The notes under the pieces were generated by a model. That model was not told where the DNA came from, did no database searches, and saw only the letters and a program-made list of their open reading frames with translations. Shown in pieces: positions 9,775-18,631 of a DNA stretch of 64,000 nucleotides. Positions within the stretch are counted from its first letter, which is position 1, and each line of letters opens with the position of its first letter. The DNA comes from Deltaproteobacteria bacterium (lineage in GTDB: Bacteria > Bdellovibrionota > UBA2394), in assembly GCA_017302715.1 (NCBI GenBank), contig JAFLCD010000002.1, positions 5,882 to 69,881 of the forward strand, given 5' to 3'. A program made the translations under genes and the position numbers.

Positions 9775-10476
9775 TTATTTAAAAATATTTTTAACTCCGT
9801 CGGTTATACTTTTTAAGCCTTTGCCGATCAGTTCAGGAGTTTTCTTCACCACTCCAGAAGATTTGTTCAATATTTGTCCCAGAATTTCGGCGCTTACCTG
9901 ACTTGAACTTGCACCTTGATCGCCGCCAATATTTTCCATCGCTATATCAGGGAAGGAAATTTCGAGTGGTTTATCAGCTTCCATAAATTGAACAAGAAGT
10001 TTTGGATTCTGAATAAGTAAATTTCGAATAATTATTTTTTTTGAATTTTTATTTGAGTTTTTTGATTTTTCTTTAGACGAACTTTCTAAGTTTTTTTGAA
10101 TCTGGGATAAATTGTTATCGGTTAACGAACCTTCCCAAGTGATTTGTGGAGACTTAATCACTAAATTTTTAAGCACGATGGTTTCTTTGGTGAGAGAAGA
10201 ATAATCGATAGTCACTTTAATAGACGCTGCTTCCACCGCTGAATTGGATTTATATCCGGCAGGATTTCCTAAAAAGAGCCCATGAATTGTTCCTGTGCCT
10301 GTCCAGGGATTGATATAAACATTAGAAATGCGAGTTTCAACGTGGGTGATTTTAGGGCCGATTCCATTGACGGCTGTCGTGATAAGCTTACCCGCATTTT
10401 TATAAATCAAAAATACGCCAGCTCCTAATAAGATAAGGACAATCAAAGAAATAAGGGTTGTGCGTTTTGAAATCAT
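9775..10476 (-). CDS. N-terminally anchored hypothetical protein (AsmA/DUF748-like, tentative)
   Basis: A single N-terminal TM segment is followed by a beta-rich region and a low-complexity segment (KSKNSNKNSKK). The family call is weak. Confidence 0.45.
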   Translation of the reverse strand: MISKRTTLISLIVLILLGAGVFLIYKNAGKLITTAVNGIGPKITHVETRISNVYINPWTGTGTIHGLFLGNPAGYKSNSAVEAASIKVTIDYSSLTKETIVLKNLVIKSPQITWEGSLTDNNLSQIQKNLESSSKEKSKNSNKNSKKIIIRNLLIQNPKLLVQFMEADKPLEISFPDIAMENIGGDQGASSSQVSAEILGQILNKSSGVVKKTPELIGKGLKSITDGVKNIFK

Positions 10477-10553
10477 TTTTTCACCGTTATTTATTTAGGC
10501 TAGATCTCCCGACAAGTCTTTGCAAGAGCGAGAACTGATGTTAACGCTGAAAA

Positions 10554-11468
10554 ATGAGTTTTTCACGTAGACCATTCTTTCTTCTCTTTTTTTACGCTGC
10601 ATTTTTTATAACGGGTTCGATTTCATCGAGTGAAAATGAAACGACACACCTTCGAATGATGGCAGCAAATATTTCTTCGGGAAATCAACAATCTTACAAT
10701 AACGGCGAAGGAATTCGAATTTTTCAGGGCCTAAAGCCAGATGTCGTTATGCTCCAAGAATTTAATTACGGCAACAACTCGGCAAATGACATCCGTGCGT
10801 TCGTAGATTCAACTTTTGGCGAAAATTTTCATTATTATCGCGAGGGCGAATCTTCAGATCAAATTCCAAATGGAATTATCAGTCGCTATCCCATTATTGA
10901 AGCAGGGGAATGGGAAGACTCAGATATGCCCAATCGGGATTTTGCTTGGGCGAGAATTGATATTCCTGGAGATAAAGATCTCTGGGCTATCAGTGTGCAT
11001 TTGAGTGCGAAAAAATCTCAAGTTCGAGCCTTGGAGGCTGCAAAACTCGTCGAAAAAATTTGTGAAATTATTCCTATGCAAGATTTTGTTGTTTTAGGTG
11101 GAGATTTTAATACTCAATCTCGGAATGAGCCTCCACTCAAGATCTTAGGCCAGATAGTTTCTGAAAGCGAAAGTCCTGTAGACTCCGAAGGTAAGTCAGA
11201 GACTAATATGAATCGCAATAAAAATTACGATTGGTTATTGGTAAACCCCAATCTTGAATCTTTTTTAGTGCCCGTTCAATTTGTACAGGATCAGGCAGAA
11301 GTAAAAATTGAAAACACAAATCAATTTAGTCATGGATTAGTTTTTACGAGTAAAACTTTTCCGTTGCTCGATCGAGTTCAGCCTATTCAACGAGGGGATA
11401 GCACGGCACTTGGCATGCAACACTTGCCGGTGGTAAAAGATTTTAGAATTCCTGTTTTAAAAAATTAA
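10554..11468 (+). CDS. Secreted endonuclease/exonuclease/phosphatase (EEP) family protein
   Basis: Signal peptide, plus the motifs VVMLQEF, ISVHL, LGGDFN and a C-terminal H. Confidence 0.8.
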   Translation: MSFSRRPFFLLFFYAAFFITGSISSSENETTHLRMMAANISSGNQQSYNNGEGIRIFQGLKPDVVMLQEFNYGNNSANDIRAFVDSTFGENFHYYREGESSDQIPNGIISRYPIIEAGEWEDSDMPNRDFAWARIDIPGDKDLWAISVHLSAKKSQVRALEAAKLVEKICEIIPMQDFVVLGGDFNTQSRNEPPLKILGQIVSESESPVDSEGKSETNMNRNKNYDWLLVNPNLESFLVPVQFVQDQAEVKIENTNQFSHGLVFTSKTFPLLDRVQPIQRGDSTALGMQHLPVVKDFRIPVLKN

Positions 11469-12514
11469 AATAAGCTTTTTCGCTTGGGGGAAAGTGAAAG
11501 AATTTTTTTGAGAGTGCCTTCATCATCTTCATCGTATATTTCACCAATCACTTCTTCAAAGATGTCTTCCATCGTTACAATTCCAAGTTGAGCATGATCT
11601 GCTAAAACAATCGCCATATGGTACCGACTACTTTGCAGTCGTCTGAGCGCCGTCAAAAGAGGAGTACGCGCTTGAAGACTAATACCTGCGCGAATGAGAG
11701 CTTGCCAATTTTCTTTGCCGGTTGATTTAAGAGCCATAAATTCTCGACTGTTTAAAATACCAATGGCTTGCGAACTTTGAAAAACAGGAAGACGAGTATG
11801 GCCTGAAGAAATAATAATCGCTTCTACTTCAGACATATTCTGTTCTGTTTGAATAGAAATTACGTCTTTCCACGGGGTATAAATCAGAGCGATATTTTTT
11901 TTGGAAAGAGCCACAAGGTTGAGAACATATTCTCGTTGCTCTGGTTGAAGAGCGTCGAGTTCAATATTCGTATCCGCTTCAGTTTCACTGATGGGCTTTT
12001 GTATTTTGGATCGAGAAAACAGAGTTAAAGCTCGGCGAGTGGACCATTCAAAGATAGAAATCACAGGCGACAAAAGCCGGTCTAAAAATCTAAAAAGATA
12101 AGCAGCTAAAAGAGATATCGTTAAAGCATTTCGTAAAGCTAAAGACTTTGGAATGAGCTCACCCAGAACAACGCTTAAATAAGTAATGGGAATAACAACG
12201 ATCGCAATCGCTCCGACTTCTGCAGCATTTTCGCTTAAGCCAAAACTTCGTTCGAGAAGAGGGCTTAAAGTTTCTTCTGCCCCAACTCCGCCAACGGCGG
12301 CTGCGATAGCTCCGAGTAAAGTGATTCCGATTTGAACAATCGAGAGAGTTCTCTCTGGATTGTCGCGCATTTTCAAAACATATTCTGCGCTTCTGGATCC
12401 TCGCTTCGCGGCTTCCCGGAGTTGAGATTTTCGCACGGTGACAAATGCCATTTCGGATGCCGATAAAAGTCCGTTAAAAAAAACACAAATAAAGACAATG
12501 ATAAACTCTGACAT
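11465..12514 (-). CDS. CNNM(DUF21)-CBS pair membrane protein (TlyC/CorC-type hemolysin family), without the CorC_HlyC domain
   Basis: A four-TM DUF21 N-terminus (GELIPKSLA motif) is followed by two CBS repeats. Confidence 0.85.
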   Translation of the reverse strand: MSEFIIVFICVFFNGLLSASEMAFVTVRKSQLREAAKRGSRSAEYVLKMRDNPERTLSIVQIGITLLGAIAAAVGGVGAEETLSPLLERSFGLSENAAEVGAIAIVVIPITYLSVVLGELIPKSLALRNALTISLLAAYLFRFLDRLLSPVISIFEWSTRRALTLFSRSKIQKPISETEADTNIELDALQPEQREYVLNLVALSKKNIALIYTPWKDVISIQTEQNMSEVEAIIISSGHTRLPVFQSSQAIGILNSREFMALKSTGKENWQALIRAGISLQARTPLLTALRRLQSSRYHMAIVLADHAQLGIVTMEDIFEEVIGEIYDEDDEGTLKKILSLSPKRKSLF

Positions 12515-12517
12515 AAA

Positions 12518-13000
12518 TTAAAATTCTTTTAGCTGATCAATTTTATTCTCAATTAAAAATTGAAGCGATTGAAGGCTGCCTGGTCGTATCGAAGGCGGAA
12601 GGATCGTAGCTTTTTCAAATGTGTTAGAAATTTTTTCTCCAAAAAATGTTTCAAGATCTTCAGATACTTTCTTCATCCACTTGGCAAAATCTTTTTCAAC
12701 TTCTTTAAAAGATCGTCGAGCTGCATTTCGAAGAATATGGTTAATTTCAGAAATACGAATATTCAAAATAGTCGTGGGCGCCGCTTCTTTAATTTGGCGT
12801 CGCAGTTCTCGCCGTGTAAACTTTTTATTTTCAAAGCCTTCCAGAGACATTGTTAGTCTAACGACGGCGGGTCGATTGGTGTCTTTATATCGTAGAATGA
12901 CCATGCCCTTTGAAAGTGCTAACTCGTCGTCATAGACAAATGATGCTGCCCAATCTTCAGTGAGAATATCGTCGATTTCATTTAAAAGCGGATGAGACAT
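12518..13000 (-). CDS. Hypothetical protein
   Basis: 160-aa ORF tightly packed between the cls and CNNM genes (gaps of 1 and 3 nt). No motif recognised. Confidence 0.5.
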   Translation of the reverse strand: MSHPLLNEIDDILTEDWAASFVYDDELALSKGMVILRYKDTNRPAVVRLTMSLEGFENKKFTRRELRRQIKEAAPTTILNIRISEINHILRNAARRSFKEVEKDFAKWMKKVSEDLETFFGEKISNTFEKATILPPSIRPGSLQSLQFLIENKIDQLKEF

Positions 13001-13001
13001 A

Positions 13002-14396
13002 TTATAAATAAGGTTGGCCTAAATAAACTAAGGAGTTCCTTAACCGAACCCATAGTGGAAGATTTTGCAGATCTTGTAATTCTATTTTCTTGGAATTTTT
13101 TTGCTTCATTTTGAATAAGTTTTCCATTTTTGACGCAAAAGCTTCATCTACGATTTCAAAATTAAGTTCAAAATTTAATCGCAGACTGCGTTGATCCCAA
13201 TTGGCCGATCCTGTGTAAACCCAAACAGAGTCTACAATCATCAGTTTTGTATGATCAAAGGGAGGGTTAGATAAATAAATTTTACAACCCGCCTCTATGA
13301 GCGAATCTAAAATAGAAGTGCTGGCCCATTGAACAAAATTCAAATTATTCTCCGCTGGTAAAATAATTTCGACTTCTATTCCTGAGCGTGCAGCTATCTT
13401 AAGCATTTCGATCAAGTTTTCATCAGGTACAAAATAAGGTGTGATAATCTGAATCGATTTGTGGGCTGCAACGGCTGCGGACAAAAAGAGTTGTCGCGAT
13501 TTGCCTTCTTTTTGGTCAGGTCCGTCAGGAACTAATCGAACAAAACTTTTTCCTTCAATAGGTAGTGAGGCTTGGTTCTTCTGAAAACTCCAAGAGAGGT
13601 CTTCGCCTGTTTCGTACCACCAATCTTCTACAAAAACTTTTTGAAACTCTTGAACGCACAAACCTTTAAATTGAAAATGGAGATCGTGAATGAGTACTGG
13701 TTGTTGAGGCCATTCCAAATATCCTTCGCGAATGTTCATTCCACCGCTAAACGCTACGTCACCATCGACAATGAGAAGCTTTCGATGATTTCTTAAATTG
13801 GCATATTCAATGGTATAAAAAATATTTTTTCTTCCAAAGAGCGCTGTAGAAATGAGTTTTTCTCTTAAAAGCTTTTGAATGGGTGGTTTAGAATATCGAG
13901 TGCCTGCAGCATCCACTAAAACTTTTATTTTTACACCACGCTTTAGCGCCGCCTCCAATTTATCTGCAAAAATTTTTCCGCTGCGGTCGTTATCAAAAAT
14001 ATAGGTTTCGAGAAAAATAAAATTCTTCGCAGCGTCAATACTTTCTAAAATCGCATTGTAAGCTGCAGAGCCAGACTCCAGAGGAAGAATCTCGTTTTTC
14101 TCTGTAGTGTAAGTATTAAGAATCGAATCGCTAATTCGTTGGTACCGGTGGATGGTGGGGTTTTTACACACCGCTTCAGGAAATTTTAACTGCTTAATAT
14201 TTCTAAAAAATTTACGAGAGCAGGCCTTTCTATAGATGCGATTGATACCGAAAATAAAATAAAGTAGAGATCCTAAATAAGGAGAAAGCCAAACAAGGCC
14301 TATCCAGGCGATAGCACTGCCGGTATTTCTCTTATGAAGGATAATGTGCGCCGAAGCAAAAGCCGCTAGCAACATATGCCCCAGAAAAATGAACAT
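13002..14396 (-). CDS. cls: Cardiolipin synthase (PLD superfamily)
   Basis: Two N-terminal TM helices and two HKD motifs: HRKLLIVDG...GGMN and HTKLMIVDS...GSANWD. Confidence 0.9.
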   Translation of the reverse strand: MFIFLGHMLLAAFASAHIILHKRNTGSAIAWIGLVWLSPYLGSLLYFIFGINRIYRKACSRKFFRNIKQLKFPEAVCKNPTIHRYQRISDSILNTYTTEKNEILPLESGSAAYNAILESIDAAKNFIFLETYIFDNDRSGKIFADKLEAALKRGVKIKVLVDAAGTRYSKPPIQKLLREKLISTALFGRKNIFYTIEYANLRNHRKLLIVDGDVAFSGGMNIREGYLEWPQQPVLIHDLHFQFKGLCVQEFQKVFVEDWWYETGEDLSWSFQKNQASLPIEGKSFVRLVPDGPDQKEGKSRQLFLSAAVAAHKSIQIITPYFVPDENLIEMLKIAARSGIEVEIILPAENNLNFVQWASTSILDSLIEAGCKIYLSNPPFDHTKLMIVDSVWVYTGSANWDQRSLRLNFELNFEIVDEAFASKMENLFKMKQKNSKKIELQDLQNLPLWVRLRNSLVYLGQPYL

Positions 14397-14425
14397 AGGT
14401 TATATTTAGTAATGAAAGGACTCTT

Positions 14426-14611
14426 ATGGAGCCAGTAGATTTAAAAAAAGCAAGAAAAGAGGCCGCTGACGCCGCGGAAGAAGTAAAAAACGTGAGTAAA
14501 GACATGGTTGAAAACATGAAAGCCCAAATTCAAAAAAATCCATGGCCTTATATAGGCGGCTTTGCGGCAGCAGGTCTTCTTCTGGGATTTCTATTAGGAC
14601 GTAGAAAATAA
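14426..14611 (+). CDS. DUF883 (ElaB/YqjD/YgaM-like) tail-anchored protein, short
   Basis: The C-terminus NPWPYIGGFAAAGLLLGFLLGRRK is the family hallmark. Confidence 0.7.
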   Translation: MEPVDLKKARKEAADAAEEVKNVSKDMVENMKAQIQKNPWPYIGGFAAAGLLLGFLLGRRK

Positions 14612-14612
14612 G

Positions 14613-14861
14613 ATGTCTCATCCTTCCGATAAAATATTTGAAACTTTTGACGATGTTTTAAAGGCTCTTGCGGCTGAGAAAAGCAGTGAAAATCCTTTAG
14701 ATGCTTTAGGTCTTGGAAATATTCCCTTAGATGAAATTGGAAATGCTTTTAAAAAACTCGAAGAGAAAGTCGAAACGACTGTAAAAGAAAAGCCGCTCAC
14801 CGTTTTATTGGCTGCGTCCCTAGCTGGATTAGTAGCTGGCCTGTGGCTCTCTCGAAAATAA
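14613..14861 (+). CDS. Small C-tail-anchored protein
   Basis: The ATG lies 1 nt after the previous stop. An acidic helical N-terminus is followed by the C-terminal TM segment LTVLLAASLAGLVAGLWLSRK. Confidence 0.55.
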   Translation: MSHPSDKIFETFDDVLKALAAEKSSENPLDALGLGNIPLDEIGNAFKKLEEKVETTVKEKPLTVLLAASLAGLVAGLWLSRK

Positions 14862-14885
14862 TTTTGAAAGCAATGTGGAGTAAGA

Positions 14886-15257
14886 ATGTCCTTTAAACTT
14901 TTATTTAATATTTTGCAGGTAGCACTTCCGTTTCTCATTAAGCGAGGCGTGGACGCTTCTTCAGAGTCCATTCGTGAGCGAGGGCAGATGGCTTATGTAG
15001 AGGGCGTGCGCATTGCTCGTTATGCTGTGATTTGTTTATTAATTTGTATTTGTGCTTTTGTCGTTTTGATCGCCGCACTTGTTGCACTTATTTATGGAAT
15101 CATAGTTTTAGCATCTATGGAGCGAGATACTTTGGCATGGGTTGCGATTGGTGGCGGAAGTTTCATTATCGTAGCGTTTATCGTAACGATTTGTGCACTA
15201 TTGTCAGAGCGCCGATGGATCAAGATTTTTCATCTTGATAAACTGCCTAATCGTTAA
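14886..15257 (+). CDS. YqjE-like (DUF1469 / holin-X-type) two-TM membrane protein
   Basis: GGAG lies 6 nt upstream. The two-TM hairpin topology and the position after DUF883 genes mirror E. coli yqjD-yqjE. Confidence 0.5.
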   Translation: MSFKLLFNILQVALPFLIKRGVDASSESIRERGQMAYVEGVRIARYAVICLLICICAFVVLIAALVALIYGIIVLASMERDTLAWVAIGGGSFIIVAFIVTICALLSERRWIKIFHLDKLPNR

Positions 15258-16944
15258 GATCTCTATCCCAAATTTTCAATTTATCTTTGCGTCCGTAAAC
15301 CCAAAGCCAATCACCATCCAAAAGCTCTAAGGTAGAGTCGGGATTTAATATTTTTTCTTTTTGTCGCTCAATGCCAATCACAATGCCTTGAACTTTCTCT
15401 CGAATGCCACTTTCTCTTAAAGTTCTTCCAATCAACGAGCGATGATTTTTCAAAGATATTTTTTCAAGACTATATTTAGACTCATCGAATTTCTCGAGAT
15501 CATGTCGTTCTGATTTTAAAAACTTTTCTATTTCTGCGAGTTGATCGTCTGTTCCTAAAACTACAATTCGATCAAAGGGCATTAATCGATCATCTCGACT
15601 TGGAGCGAGCAAGTGGCGTTCTCCTCGAATGAGTTCGACGAGAGAGATTCCAAATTTTTCTCGTAATTTTAATTCTTCGAGGGAATGTCCCGCGTAAAAA
15701 AAGTTAGGATGAATTTCGAATTCAACTAAGTGACCATCCCAGAGTTTAGGTTTTGTATTATCCTGTTTTTTGCTTTCTCGATTCGTAAACCATCTGGATG
15801 TCGTGACAAAGCTAATCAAATAAGGAGTCGCAAAAGTTGTAACGAGAGCTACGGATACGGCGAGAGGGTAAAGTTCTGCGCGAATGACATTTAAGGTTAA
15901 GCCAAGAGTGGCAATAATGAATGAAAACTCGCCGATCTGCCCCATGCTAAATCCAGCTTGAAATGAAGTCTTTCGATCTTGCCCTGCCAGCATGGCGCCG
16001 CCCGTTGTGAGTAAAACCTTTCCAACAATCGTGACGAGTGAAATGAAGATAACAAGCGGGAGATTTGAAAGCACAGCATTAATGTCGACAAGCATACCAA
16101 CCGACGTAAAAAAGATCGCACCGAATAAATCTCGGATAGGTTTAAGAAGTCTTTCAACTCGTTCGCCCTCGGACATCTCTGCCATAAAGGCACCCATCAA
16201 AAATGCTCCGAGTGCTGGAGAAAATCCAATCATTGTACAAGCGGCAACGAGAGCGAGACAAAGTCCTAAAGAAATAATCACACGAGCTTCATCATTGAGA
16301 ACACCGCGAATAAATTTAAAAAATTTAGGTGTAGCCCAAATGCCGAGTGGAACCGTAATCACAAGAAAAGTTGCTAAGAGACCAATTTGCTTAAGAAGAG
16401 GAAGTCCTTCCAAAGTTTTAGTAGCGGAGACGGTAGAAAGTAGTGCTAATAAAAGGACTGCAAATAAATCTTCAATGATTAAAATTCCAAAAACCAAGGC
16501 TGCAAAGGACTGAGTTTTTACTCCGAGTTCGTCAAAAGTTTTGATGATAATGGTTGTGGAGGAGATCGCTAGAATGCCTCCTAAGAAAAGAGAATCTATT
16601 GAATTCCAGCCGAGGAGTTTACCTACAGCGTAACCGATCAAAGTCATAAAAACGACTTCAACGGAAGCAGCAATCACAGCTGGGCGACCTACCTCGAAGA
16701 GTTTTTTAAAGCTAAATTCGAGCCCAAGTAAAAAGAGTAAAAAGATAACTCCAAGTTCGGCCCAAACTTGAACGTTTTCAATTTCAATAACCGTGGGAAA
16801 AATCGTGATTTGGGGGCCAATTAAAACACCGGCTAAAAGATAGCCAAGAACAACGGGTTGTTTTAGCCAGCGAAAGACGAGGGATGCAGCACCTGAAATC
16901 GCGAGAATAAGTGCTAAGTCTAAAATTAATTTTGGTAGATGCAT
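15247..16944 (-). CDS. CPA2 cation:proton antiporter with two C-terminal TrkA-C (RCK_C) domains
   Basis: Na_H_exchanger core, then two repeats of the RCK_C pattern (..LEELKLREKFGISLVELIRG.. and ..LRESGIREKVQGIVIGIER..). Confidence 0.9.
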   Translation of the reverse strand: MHLPKLILDLALILAISGAASLVFRWLKQPVVLGYLLAGVLIGPQITIFPTVIEIENVQVWAELGVIFLLFLLGLEFSFKKLFEVGRPAVIAASVEVVFMTLIGYAVGKLLGWNSIDSLFLGGILAISSTTIIIKTFDELGVKTQSFAALVFGILIIEDLFAVLLLALLSTVSATKTLEGLPLLKQIGLLATFLVITVPLGIWATPKFFKFIRGVLNDEARVIISLGLCLALVAACTMIGFSPALGAFLMGAFMAEMSEGERVERLLKPIRDLFGAIFFTSVGMLVDINAVLSNLPLVIFISLVTIVGKVLLTTGGAMLAGQDRKTSFQAGFSMGQIGEFSFIIATLGLTLNVIRAELYPLAVSVALVTTFATPYLISFVTTSRWFTNRESKKQDNTKPKLWDGHLVEFEIHPNFFYAGHSLEELKLREKFGISLVELIRGERHLLAPSRDDRLMPFDRIVVLGTDDQLAEIEKFLKSERHDLEKFDESKYSLEKISLKNHRSLIGRTLRESGIREKVQGIVIGIERQKEKILNPDSTLELLDGDWLWVYGRKDKLKIWDRDLND

Positions 16945-16976
16945 CCCTCTAGAATCTAACCGAAAAGATAGATGAG

Positions 16977-17282
16977 TTAATCAACTTTTCGTTTTATTTT
17001 TTTTCCTTGATGCTTGACTTCATCTTTTACATTTCGACCTTCATCTTTAAGATCTTCTTTGACTGAAGAATTTCCTGTCGCATCACGAACAGTTTTTTTA
17101 ACTTTTCGTCCGGTCTGTTTGAGATTTTTATTTGTTTCTTCTGCCTTATCTTGAATTTTTTCAGAGGTTGTTTCTTCTGCTTGCACTGAAGAGTTCCACA
17201 CGAAGGTGGCTGCAACGGCAGCTAACGTAATTCCAAGAAGGGGTAAAAGAATTTTTATTTTTGATTTGTTTGCGTTTTTCAT
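16977..17282 (-). CDS. Small secreted Lys/Glu-rich protein
   Basis: Signal peptide ending VQA/EE, followed by a charged low-complexity mature part. Confidence 0.55.
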   Translation of the reverse strand: MKNANKSKIKILLPLLGITLAAVAATFVWNSSVQAEETTSEKIQDKAEETNKNLKQTGRKVKKTVRDATGNSSVKEDLKDEGRNVKDEVKHQGKKIKRKVD

Positions 17283-17523
17283 ACCTCTATTTAGATCACG
17301 AATTTCTTTTAAAAGAATCTTTCAATAGTTAGTAGGTCTGAGATCGGACTTATTCGGGCAAGGCTCGATTTTAGCGATATCATAAACAATTGAAATCATT
17401 ATTGTTTTTGACAGTTACATTTTGAGTCTGCGGTAATTTTGCTATAAATTCAATAGTTTCAATTAGTTACAAACATACCCATTGTCAGGATAAGTCATTG
17501 TTCTTCTTTCACTAAAGCAAGGA

Positions 17524-18261
17524 ATGTCAAATGGTGAAAGGAAGTCTCTCTTTATGAATGGATCTTTTTCTCTTTTTTTAAAACTAGAAGCTGAATGCGA
17601 ACTCTCGTTGGAGGATTTAAAAAATTCTACGTTTGTTAATAGGTTTCCAGAGCTCCATGCTCACGAGCAAAACTACTTTTCCTTTTTCACTCAAATTATG
17701 CATTTGGAAAAAGACGTAGCTGATTGGTATTCGTTGCTGAATTCAAAAAATCAAAAATTCTGTCTTAAGAATTTCGAGCAAATGAGGCGCAAAATAAATA
17801 TTCACGATCGATTGCGAGCACATCTTGAGAGCACAGAAGAGAAAACATTTTTAAATATTTCAGCGCTTCGACCGCAGCCTTTGGCTGCAGCCATTATCGG
17901 TTACTCTCAATACTCCCTAAAGCACGAGGGCTTGCCGGCCTATTTAGGATTGCTTTTTAGCCACGATAGAATGCTTGTTCATTTGAAAGAGGCCTTTAAT
18001 GATTCAAATATTTCAAATGAAGTAATTGAACTAGAGAAATTGTGGGATGAGGGTCGAGATAAATTATTTTTACAGATTGATTTTGATGAAGATGAAGCTC
18101 ACACGATGATTTATACGGCAAAGACTTATATTCGTCTTTGGTTTCACCTTTTAGAGAATATATTTTTAGAATCGGAAGATCCTCGCTTTTGGGGAGTGTC
18201 AAGACACGCCTTGCCCAGGCGAATTGACAGTCTTGTAGAATACTACCTAAGCGGCTTATAG
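17524..18261 (+). CDS. Hypothetical helical protein
   Basis: 245-aa ORF. The alternative start at 17554 has a better SD (AAGGAAG, 9 nt upstream). No family recognised. Confidence 0.5.
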   Translation: MSNGERKSLFMNGSFSLFLKLEAECELSLEDLKNSTFVNRFPELHAHEQNYFSFFTQIMHLEKDVADWYSLLNSKNQKFCLKNFEQMRRKINIHDRLRAHLESTEEKTFLNISALRPQPLAAAIIGYSQYSLKHEGLPAYLGLLFSHDRMLVHLKEAFNDSNISNEVIELEKLWDEGRDKLFLQIDFDEDEAHTMIYTAKTYIRLWFHLLENIFLESEDPRFWGVSRHALPRRIDSLVEYYLSGL

Positions 18262-18325
18262 AGCCAAAAAAGTGTGAAGTCTTTGGTTCAATTTGCGATT
18301 TGGATGAGCTAGTCTAGTCAGACTG

Positions 18326-18631
18326 ATGAAGTCTAAGGGAAGCCATCGCGACTCCAAAGAGGCCTTCTCTGAGGGACTTGGAGAGTTCTTTAAAAAGAAG
18401 AGAGAAGTTCTTAAAAAGACTCAAAAAGAGGCCTCAGATTTTTTGGGTTATTCTTCTCCTCAATTTATTTCTAACTTTGAGCGCGGTTTATGTGGACTTC
18501 CTTTGAATAAGCTTAAGAAATTGGGGGATTTCTACGGAATTTCCGTAAAGCAGCTTTCGAAAGTGATTATGGATGCCTATAGACGCTATCTCGAGCAAGA
18601 ATTGAAAACTTCTAAAAAGAATCACGCTTAA
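18326..18631 (+). CDS. XRE-family helix-turn-helix protein
   Basis: KKTQKEASDFLGYSSPQFISNFERG is a typical HTH_3 core. Confidence 0.7.
   Translation: MKSKGSHRDSKEAFSEGLGEFFKKKREVLKKTQKEASDFLGYSSPQFISNFERGLCGLPLNKLKKLGDFYGISVKQLSKVIMDAYRRYLEQELKTSKKNHA

Noticed and set aside
12560-12935. Two overlapping plus-strand ORFs (98 and 104 aa) inside the 12518-13000 gene.
   Set aside because: They are mutually exclusive, R/K/S/F-rich, and lack starts with an SD. The minus-strand gene packs exactly between cls and the CNNM gene.
14886-15257. The holin-like label of the YqjE/DUF1469-type proteins (also 29909-30247) as a sign of a prophage or lysis cassette.
   Set aside because: There is no endolysin, spanin, integrase, capsid or tail gene anywhere in the window. 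The context matches the E. coli yqjD-yqjE stress operon.
15992-16513. 173-aa plus-strand ORF inside the CPA2 antiporter gene.
   Set aside because: It is antisense to a gene with clear family features, and its Ser/Thr/Lys-rich sequence has no recognisable motif.
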